Both the position numbers and the translations under genes were made by a program. 64,000 bases of DNA from Cyanophora paradoxa CCMP329 (lineage: Eukaryota > Plantae > Glaucophyta), in contig QPMI01000584.1 of assembly GCA_004431415.1 (NCBI GenBank), forward strand, positions 47,106 through 111,105, in the 5' to 3' direction. The notes under the pieces are model-generated. The model saw nothing but the letters and a program-made list of their open reading frames with translations, made no database searches and was not told where the DNA came from. Below, one piece after another: positions 11,001 through 20,200 of the stretch. Numbering within the stretch: position 1 is the stretch's first letter; every line of letters begins with the position of its first letter.

Positions 11001-11404
11001 CTACAAATCCAGTCGGGGCACCGGGAACTAATCCAGGAACGTTAGTGCTTATGATTCTCTTGCCGATTCTCGGTGCTCTTGGGCTTGTGCTTGCATACAA
11101 ATTTCGAGCTCTTTGTTGTGCTTGCTTAGATAGAACCATTGCAGGTGCAGGAAATAAATACTCAACGCCTGAACTGAATGTGACCCAAACAGCCGAAGGA
11201 GATGTGGGGTTAGAGGTGAGATCGGCAGATGGAAACGCTCTTAGTGTTGTAAGGACTGACCGACCACCAGCAAGTAGGGCAGCACCCAAAAAATCACGAG
11301 CACAAGAATTGGCAGAGCAAACGATGAATAATGACAGAGACTTTATGGCGGAAATGGCACAGCGAGAAGGGAGAATATATGAACATATTCCAAATGTAAT
11401 GTAA
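8076..11404 (+). CDS. Fibre-like protein (~1109 aa) with lectin/gp53-like modules, Pro/Asn stalk and C-terminal transmembrane anchor; one frameshift at 9959-9961
   Basis: Fibre repeats LVP..QFNLG..KKWLNVY and IVP..FDLG..RWNTVY; FETPFVSPP...FTISWKATG module. One added C joins ORFs 8076-9974 and 9995-11404 (RFDPEDRLKIRYPLDVTDL). TM segment LVLMILLPILGALGLVLAY. Confidence 0.75.
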
Positions 11405-11442
11405 CAACCTTAATTTTTGTAGTATGCCTTAATAGAGAAATA

Positions 11443-14400
11443 ATGACGGAACCCATAGTAGAAACGACAGTAAAGAATGCTGTATTGGATAATAAATTTT
11501 ATATAACCCACGCCAATATACCCAGTGAATCCAATGACCTAATTGTTGATCTAAAAGGTTATGTGATGGGAGCTATGGCTTCTAACCTATGGAATGACAT
11601 TTTTGGTTACGAGTTTGGTCACATATATGACATAGCAAATGGGATAGGCTATGTGGATGCAATGGCAGGAACAGCCTTTCGAAATCTAAATTGCAACTGT
11701 GTGGGAGGGTGGATGTTTCAGATCTGTTCAAATGTCGATCCTACTATTGATCCCGCCACGATTACTTTTGATTGCAATCTGTATGCCCCCAAAACCATTT
11801 TTTCTATCACTTGCAATCTCGTTAATTCGGATGTGCCCATAGTAGCACCTGTAATAGGTGCATCAAATATGTATATCCAAAGAAATCCGGTCGTGCATAC
11901 AGGAGCTGAATTTATATTGGGCGACAACACCCCAATCAGTCGAATCGAACTACCCAATTCTCACAAGCATTTGTGGGAACATATCACCAATGCCCCATTA
12001 ACCTATCCACCCAGTTCTCACGAGCATTTGTGGGAGCATATCACCAATCGACCATTAACCTTCCCACCTGATCCACACACTCATGATTACTTGTCTCTCA
12101 AAGGTGGTGTTATTTCATCTAATCTTACAATTGCATCAAACCTTACAGTTACAAGTAATATTTATAGCAGTAACATTTATGCAAGTAACATTTACAGCAG
12201 TAACCTATGGGCAAGTAATATTAATGGAAGTAATGTAATAGTCGATTATCTCACTGTGAAGATTGAAGCAAACCTACCAAATCACCCGACATCGAATGTT
12301 GTTTTAGATTGGTTAGCAAAGCAAAAACACACAAAAGCAGATATTACAGATTTCGCCCATAAGCATTTATGGGAAGATATCACAAATCCCCATCGACCTT
12401 CCCACCGGGAAAACACACTCATGATTATTCAGAGATTACCAATAGTAACCACAGGCACCCATGGGAGGAAATAGATGAGCAGCCAGTTTTTGCGCAATTG
12501 AATGCAATCGGAAATGTTTTTAATGGGGTCACACTTTACCAATCGATTAATACACCTGAAAGGCTATTTTTGAATGATCATTATGTTAGTCTGAATGGGT
12601 CGTTTACAGGTGAAACAGGCACACCGATGGTGGGAACTCTTGCTGTAAGATTACCCAGGGATCCAATCGTAAACGGAGTGTATAGTGGCGATTTCAATGT
12701 AGGAGTAAATGATACTTTCCCCAGTATCTATGTTACGAATTATCACCCAGGAGAAATAGGACAAGAAGCGGATTTTTCAGCAGCAATTCAAGTAAATGTA
12801 ACGGATCAAAGCGCATATGATGGAGCAAGACCTAAGATTGTGTTCACAAGGGAGAAAGTTGTAAACTATCTTCCTGTTGTGGGACAACCCACAGATGATC
12901 ACGGAAAATGCGAGATTGCATGGATTAAAACAACAACAGGTGGCGCCTTAGAAGTCAATCAGAGAATGGCGGCGAAAAACTTACACAATACAACCCTTTC
13001 AGGTGTGGTAACAGATGATTACCTCCAAAGCAAAAACTATGTAGATGATACAGAACTTGCAGCAATTCTTGAAGATTATGTTACAGATACCGAATTAACG
13101 TCGGCTCTTGGGAATTATCTACCTCTTACAGGTGGGACTCTTACAGGTGATGTGCACGCCCCGAATTTCTTTGTCGACACTCCACATGATCAAACATTTC
13201 CTGTTGTCCACCTTGGTGCTGAATATGTATTAGATCCAAACACTCCAATAAGTCGACTCGAATTACCCAATGTTCACAAGCATTTTTGGGAGCATATTGT
13301 TAATCCCCCATCGACCTATCCACCTGATTCACACGATCATGATTATTTACCACTAACAGGTGGAACTGTGGCAGGTGATGTGCATGCTTCTAATTTCTTT
13401 GTTACTACTCCGAATGATCAAACATTTCCTGTTGTCCACCTTGGTGCTGAATATGTATTAGATCCAAACACCCCAATCAGCCGCCTCGAATTACCCACGA
13501 ATTTCACCTTTAATCTCGTGGATGAGTTCCCTAACAGTCAAAGTCTCATGTATTTCACCTCTGAAAATCGCCTTTCGGGTGCATTCTCACCAATTGAGCT
13601 GTCTATACCAAAGCAAAAGGTGAGCTACAAGGAGCTTACAGATGTGCCGACGGGATTCAGTGGGAAGTGGAGTGATATCATTCAGAAGCCGACTTGGAGT
13701 AGTGTAGCATACACAGGAAATTACTATGATCTTGTAAATCCTCCCGATTTCACAAGCTATATACCTCGTTGGATTGATCAAGGTGTAATTATATCAGAAT
13801 CTACACTTCCTTTCAATGGGACATGGGATAGGTTATTTACTAAGCCGAATTTGCATGCTGTTGCCACAAGTGGAAATTATGATGATCTGATAAACACACC
13901 AAACCTACATGCTGTGGCTACAAGTGGAAATTATGATGATCTGATAAACACACCAAACCTACATGCTGTGGCTACAAGTGGAAATTATGATGATCTGATA
14001 AACACACCAAACCTACATGCTGTGGCTACAAGTGGAAATTATGATGATCTGATAAACACACCTACTTCGCCACCTACTCACAATCACAGCATCGAGTTGC
14101 TCACGAATTTCGGTAGCTATGTAAATGCAAATGCATATGTGCAACAGGGGACAGCGGATGTAGTTATACCTAATCAAGTTTATACAGTAGGGCAAGTGTT
14201 TACAGCATCAGGAACCGTTACGTTTTCTACCCATATTATAGTGATCCAATAGTTAATGCTACTCTCGAAAACAGTATTATTTTAACGAGTGTCGATTTCA
14301 CCAATAGCATATATATCTCCGCTGAATTTGTGAGTGGGAACCGTGTTGGTTTCAAAAATAAATTCACCTGGATTGCTATATTTACTTGTTATTCGGCGAT

Positions 14401-14491
14401 CAATTATACGAATGTGCCACAAAACGAAAGAACGCTTAAACTCCATTGGATTGCTGTCGGACCTCTCCAAAACAATAATATTCTCACGTAA
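11443..14491 (+). CDS. Long tail-fibre-like protein (~1016 aa); two single-C frameshifts at 12388-12391 and 14230-14232
   Basis: HxHxWExI..P repeats, YLPLTGG motifs, SNIYx pentapeptides and VATSGNYDDL repeats. Restored frames complete the repeat (HLWEDITNPPSTFPP) and a C-terminal module VTFSTPYYSDPIV...LHWIAVGP, with stop at 14489-14491. Confidence 0.8.
13845..14060 (+). repeat. Coding tandem repeat, 4 x 54 bp (PNLHAVATSGNYDDLINT)
   Basis: Units start at 13845, 13899, 13953 and 14007; the last three are identical. Confidence 0.95.
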
Positions 14492-14511
14492 TAATAAAGA
14501 ACAATCAAAAG

Positions 14512-15423
14512 ATGTCGACTGTGTTCACGCCTGTGTTTTCCTTATCAGCCAGTGCTGTCCATAACGTGCAACACACTGTATATGATCTAAACGAGTCATT
14601 CCCTTCGACTGAGACAGCGAAAACCGATTCTTTTAATGAAAACACGATACTCAGAGTCAAAGAACTCAGAGCCGACAAGGCCGGTGGAATCGTTAAAGCT
14701 ACTGAACTGATCGTATCGAATCGACCCGCAATATCTTCGGGGCTGGTCACCAAAGATAATCTATATGAAGGTCAAGCGGATTATAAAACAGCTTTCGATC
14801 CGGCTGATAGGAAATCAGCGGCTTTTCAAGTTTACAGTGGCGGGGCATGGATCGGGACTGGACTGAGTGTGAATGGGAATGCGACAGTAAGTGGGACAGG
14901 CTCATTTACTGGATTACTCACAGCAAATGGTGGTGTTAGTGGAACCACTGGGACTTTCTCAGGGCTCCTTACAGCGAATGGAGGGGTTACTGGAACCACT
15001 GGGACATTCAGTGGTAGTGTTAAAATGAACAGTCACCCAATGATGGGAAGGCGTGGAACCACAGCGCTTGGATCAGGGAGCACATTTATTAAATTTAACA
15101 GTTATACAACTGGTTTTACAAGGCTTGGGACATCAACGTTTGCTGATGGGCGTTTCACATGTCAGACAAAAGGAGTATACATTGTTCTGGGTTCTTCTTT
15201 ATCAGCAAATATTTCGAGTGGCTTAGCACAGCTTGAAATAAAAATAAATAGCTCTACGGTGAGCCAATTTAGATATAACATAAATCCCGCTGGTAACTGG
15301 ATTGGTATGGAGACAGGAGGAGTAGTAGAACTTTCTCCGGGAGATTATGTAGAGCTCTGGATTCAGAATGCGTGGCAAGATGGTTGCGGGCTTTATATAG
15401 CTATGGTAACTGCCACTGATTAA
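14512..15423 (+). CDS. Short fibre with C-terminal C1q/TNF-like head
   Basis: GTFSGLLTANGGV shaft repeats; head FIKFN...GRFTCQTKGVYIV...VELSPGDYVELW. Confidence 0.8.
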   Translation: MSTVFTPVFSLSASAVHNVQHTVYDLNESFPSTETAKTDSFNENTILRVKELRADKAGGIVKATELIVSNRPAISSGLVTKDNLYEGQADYKTAFDPADRKSAAFQVYSGGAWIGTGLSVNGNATVSGTGSFTGLLTANGGVSGTTGTFSGLLTANGGVTGTTGTFSGSVKMNSHPMMGRRGTTALGSGSTFIKFNSYTTGFTRLGTSTFADGRFTCQTKGVYIVLGSSLSANISSGLAQLEIKINSSTVSQFRYNINPAGNWIGMETGGVVELSPGDYVELWIQNAWQDGCGLYIAMVTATD

Positions 15424-15445
15424 TTTTGTTTCCTTAGAATAAAGA

Positions 15446-15709
15446 ATGTCGAACGTATATGAAGTGATTTTATCGAATACAGAAAAGTTGGCAATGGAAT
15501 ATATTGCGTTCTCCCCTGCTGAATGGATTACAAATGTAGTGAAAAGTCGTGCAATGTCGGCAATGGATGACATTGTAGCCCAAGAGGTTCAATCGTGTAT
15601 TGCCGCTGGAATTCCGATTCCACTCACAAAGGAGGCGATTGTAGAGCAAGCGTTTAATCGGGGGACTGTTCGAAAGGCAAGCGAAATTCCTGTGAGTGCT
15701 CCTATGTAA
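15446..15709 (+). CDS. Small protein resembling phage fibre-associated (assembly chaperone-like) proteins
   Basis: 87 aa directly after the C1q fibre. Pattern LSNTEKLAMEYIA.SP.EWI.N....RA..A.D.IV...IP...EAIV..A recalled from marine phage proteins; not searched. Confidence 0.65.
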   Translation: MSNVYEVILSNTEKLAMEYIAFSPAEWITNVVKSRAMSAMDDIVAQEVQSCIAAGIPIPLTKEAIVEQAFNRGTVRKASEIPVSAPM

Positions 15710-15869
15710 AGAGAGATGGGTTTATTGTTATTTTTCATAGATCATGCATAAGAAAGGCATGTATCTTGCATAGTGGGCGGGGCGCACTTATCCCCTTCGT
15801 ATCCACTTAGTATCCACTTCATATCCACTTTGTGTTCACTAAATTATATCGCACTGATTCAGTTTGCAT

Positions 15870-16893
15870 TTTGCCCCCACCCTACACCCCACCCTATACT
15901 ACAATCTCGTTATTTCTATACATATTTACTATCTAATTTAATAGAGTTTATACATTGAAATAAGTGAGGTGTATCGATAAGTAATACAGGGTGGGGAGGG
16001 TGGGTTGGGTGGGGTCTTTTTTGCCCAAAAATATTTGACCCCCAAAAATTTAAGGGATTCAAAAAAATGCCCCACCTCACCCCACTTACCCCACCCTATC
16101 GAAGTCCGCACGATATCATAGTAGGCTACATCGGGATTGCGATCATATCACAGTGTATACAGTGAGGGTGGTGCCCCACTTTCTCACCCCACCCTATCGA
16201 TTCGCGATTCAGGGATCGCGAAATATACAGCACATGATACTTGTTTTTCTTAGTGATCGCGCCGTTCTAATACGATCTGAATATATCATATCTCGTCGGT
16301 ATCACGTCGGTTCAATATCGTAATTATTAAATGGTTGGCTGATACCACTTTCACACCCCACCCTCACACCCCACCGGTATTAATTTAACATACATAATCT
16401 CTATACTTTATACATTAATTACATTGAAATCAATCATAAATATAATAAAAGATACAGGGTGGGGTAAGTGGGGTTGGGTGGGGTCTTTTTTGACCAAGAA
16501 TTTTTGAGGGGAATTATTTTAGGGAATTCAAAAAAATGCCCCACCTCACCCCACCCGCCCCACCCTATCGAAGTTATCGAAGTCCGATAAGTATCAAACC
16601 GGAAGTAAAAATAACACATCATGATTTTATGTGTGCCATCTTAGATTGGACTACCATACCGATACCACTCACACCCCACCCTCACACCCCACCCAGTATT
16701 AATTTAACATACTCAATCATACATATTTATATTTAAATTACATTGAAATCAATCATAGATAAAGAGAATAATACAGGGTGGGGTAAGTGGGGTTGGGTGG
16801 GGTCTTTTTTGACCAAGAATTTTTGGGAGTGAAACATTTTAGGGAATTCAAAAAAATGCCCCACCTCACCCCACCCGCCCCACCCTATCGAAG
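15870..16893. repeat. Three direct-repeat units, each containing an imperfect G-tract/C-tract inverted repeat (subterminal viral repeats)
   Basis: Cores at 15984-16104, 16452-16573 and 16771-16893. Units 16341-16573 and 16661-16893 are near-identical with 320-bp spacing. Confidence 0.9.
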
Positions 16894-17148
16894 CTACGTA
16901 GGTGATACACATGACTATATGAGGCGCGTCCCAAGCAGCACATTGTAGTTGTTTTAGATACACATCGCGCATCGTAAACACATATCGGCTATATCGCGAT
17001 TACATATTATATATACATATTTTACAAAGATTCCACGATACTTATATTATTTTTATTGATTCATTTACGAACTACCGATAGAATACATATCACATATCGA
17101 TATACACTATGATAAAAATGCTAATATCTTTATATAACTTATAGTAAC

Positions 17149-17219
17149 ACACATATAAAAACAAATATTATTATCCTGAGCGGAACGCGAGGGATAATAA
17201 TATTTGTTTTTATATGTGT
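17149..17219. repeat. Perfect 28-bp inverted repeat with 15-nt loop at the virus/host junction
   Basis: ACACATATAAAAACAAATATTATTATCC (17149-17176), loop TGAGCGGAACGCGAG, exact reverse complement at 17192-17219. Confidence 0.95.
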
Positions 17220-17251
17220 CCAGCGGGGGTGTTTAAGGTTCAAGGACGCAC

Positions 17252-20200
17252 CGGTGATGAAAGATGACGCCATCTTCTTGACCGCGTCGAAAATCGCCGC
17301 CATGTACGCCTTATTAACGCGCGCGCAGAGGCCCGTCAGTATGGCCTGGAGCTGCCAAAAGTCGCTACATGTACATGCGACAGCTGACCAGCCGCGCAAA
17401 CGCAAAGGCGTCGAAGAGTGGCGCGTATCGGTTGATGAAGTCCCTCAGGTCGAGCTCCGTCTGCGGCGATCGTTAGGCATGCGTACTACGGTACAGAAAA
17501 ATGACAGAAACCTATTTAACTGCACACCTGCTCCCAGTAGCCGCGCTTGGGGTTCTTTAACGCAGTCCAGAAGCGACGCCAGAAACCCGGTTGCGAACTC
17601 ACGGGAGCGCCGGTGGCCGGTCTATTTATAAAATTTAATTATCAGCGCTGCGCCGGCTTCGAGACACTCATCGAAAAACAAGCGCAGACCCGTGTACGCC
17701 GGGGTCCGTTCCGATGCTGATGACGTGCACGAGTGCGCCAGCATCGTCTTCTGATGTCTGCCTCGCGGCGGGCTTCCGTTCCTTGGGAACAGGCCTAGGG
17801 CTGTAGTCCGTATACTGTACACGATCGCGAACAAGTAGCGCAATTTCAGCACTGGTCAAAGGGCCCGAGCTCGAGGGCTTTGTCCGCCACGCGTACGGAC
17901 CTGGAACACGACGATTCGGCCGCCTATGTGTGTGATGGTTTTGAACGTCGCGACGAGCAGAAAGGTCCCCGGCATCAGGATCTTTGCACGCGCGTACGCG
18001 TCATTGTTTGCCCGTGTCAATAAGATAGGTGCACGGGGCAGGTGCAGGGGGGACTGACCAGCATGATGACGGCCACGGGGCGCCCCCACGCAGGGCCGGC
18101 GTCGCCAGCGCCGAGCACCCGCGCCGCGTGAAGGATCATGCCGGGCGACGCGATCATCACCAGGCACAGCTCCAGAAACGGGAAGCGCTGCGCCACCGAA
18201 TTAGGGGACGACAAGTGATCACAATTTGCAATGAACTCGCGGCGCACGAAGAGGCCCGGGAGGCGGCCGTCGGACCACTTCTTAAGAACTGAACGACAGA
18301 GCGCGCTCGCCAGCCAGCGAAGGATCCACACGAAGATAAAGAGAATTGCTGTCCAGAAGATGACCGTACTGAATTCGTCCGCGTACTTCTGCGCCGCCGT
18401 CCTGCGCCGAGGCCACGATTACAAATTAAACTCACAGGAGAGCATCGATAGAGGGTCGACATCGAGCTGACCGACTTGACGACTTCTGCACCCAAGGGGC
18501 GTCCGTCGGCTTCATCATCGCCCAGCCTGCGGTACATGTTTTCATTAGTGCACCTGCTGTGACCATTGCGAATGCGCTGCATCTGGTTCGGGCGAGCGGT
18601 ACCGAGGGCGTCGCCCATTGCCGACTGGGCCTCTGAAGTAGATTCGCCTCCGACGTACGTCGTTGATGCAAGGAAGCTCACGTGCTGCGCGTCAACAACG
18701 AGCGATGCAATGAGATCGCACTCTCGAGGTGCAGAATAAAATGAAATCAAAGCGGCTCATATGCATGCATATGATGAGATATCGATATTAAAGAATTCGA
18801 GTAAGGAAAGAGCCTCACCCCGATGATGCCCTACGCGACGAGCACAGACGCGCGCACAAGAGCAGGCCTAGGTCAGAGTCGTGTGTGAAACAATATGGCC
18901 GATCGCAAGAGTCGCGGACCACGATGCCGGCCCCCTTCGCCTCCAGCTTCTCAAGCTTCGAAGGCGGGACGTACTCGAGCTCCTCCTCGTCGTCGGCCGC
19001 GTCCGGCTGGAGCTGGCCCGGCCGCGGCTTCAGGTCCGAATTGCGCTCGGCGATCAAAAGAGGCGCCGCCTTCTTGGGATCCCGGCCCGCGTTGAACGAG
19101 TCTGGTTCGACGATGTCATGATCAGCAGAACGACGTGCGCTGACAATGCGTCCGGGTTCGGCTGCAGCGAAGATGTTTACCTCGCACGTCGTCGGTTAAT
19201 TGTAGATTCACGACCGTTACATGGACGACTCCCGCGCGGGCTGCCAGCTCCGTGTCTTCGGCGCTCTTTCCGGCGGTGGAGGTTCGACCGCGAGCGCTTC
19301 TCGCTGGCGGAACATTGGTGGCAGAACCGGCGGCGGATGATTGCGAATGGACGCTCGAGCGTCGGCGCGGGGGGACACCCGACGCGCTCGTGAGGGATCC
19401 GGAGCGGCGTCGCGTAGTACTAGTCCGGCGCGAGCCATGGCCATCGGGAGGCAAGTACGCTGTCGCCGACAGCGCCGCCGCACCTGACGCCATCCCCGCC
19501 GCTGCTGCACCAGCGCCGAAGCGGCGGCGGCGGTCCCCGATACGGCAACTGCCCCGCCCGTTTCCGATGCGGCCTTGGCTGTAGCTACGGCGGCGGCGCC
19601 AATATCGACGGAGTCTTGCGACTGCACGCTCGAGCGGCGGCGACCGTGCGGCGGGACGCCGGACGCGCTTGCGAGGGAGCTCCGCCTCCGGCGCCGCGAG
19701 CCGTCCGGCAGAGCGTACGTCACCGCCGAGAGCGCCGCAGCGCCGGCCGCCATCCCTGACACCGCCGACCCGAACCCCGGCCCTGCCGCCGGCCCCGCAC
19801 TTGCAGAGGCGTCGGCGCCGGCGTCGCCAAATCCGATGCTCGGGGCCAGGCTGTCCGATCGCTCCCGCCTTTCCCTTCGCGCGTCCTCGCCCTCGGCATC
19901 CGCTGCCTCGTCGAACGCCTCCCGCTCTTCTTCTTCGGGGGCTTCTTCCTCCTCGTCCCCGGGCGCATCTTCTTCCTCTTCCCCGGGCGCCTCTTCTGCC
20001 TCTTGTCCGGCCTCTTCTTCTTCCTCTTCCCCGGGCGCCTCCTGCGCCCGCAATATTGAGAACCACGAAAACGAATCAAACTTTGAAAAGAAACGTATTC
20101 AATCGAGATTCCTCACCGCATCTTCGCCACCAACATCGTCGCCCTCTCCCTCGCCGCCGCCGTCCCCTTCGCCGCCGCCGTCCCCCTCCCCGCCACCGCC

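Larger units (their letters stand above)
1..17219. mobile_element. Endogenous dsDNA virus (Polinton-like virus / small NCLDV-like Bamfordvirae), right part; left end outside the window
   Basis: Intronless AT-richer block with packaging ATPase, DJR MCP, two pentons, fibres and primase. Abrupt switch to GC-rich intron-containing DNA right after a terminal hairpin at 17149-17219. No integrase, pPolB or protease is visible in the window. Confidence 0.92.

Noticed and set aside
13110-13500. Diversity-generating retroelement TR/VR pair in the fibre gene
   Set aside because: Both copies are in-frame coding repeats, differences are not adenine-specific, and no reverse transcriptase is seen.
9950-14240. 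Programmed -1 ribosomal frameshifting in fibre genes
   Set aside because: No X-XXY-YYZ slippery heptamers at the breaks, and the same lesion occurs elsewhere, including probably a host gene.
8076-15709. Bacterial prophage or contaminant, given phage-like fibres
   Set aside because: Linked to a DJR capsid, pentons and A32 ATPase; no terminase, portal or consistent Shine-Dalgarno sites.
15870-16893. CRISPR-like repeat/spacer array
   Set aside because: Units exceed 100 bp, spacing is irregular, no cas genes, eukaryotic viral context.
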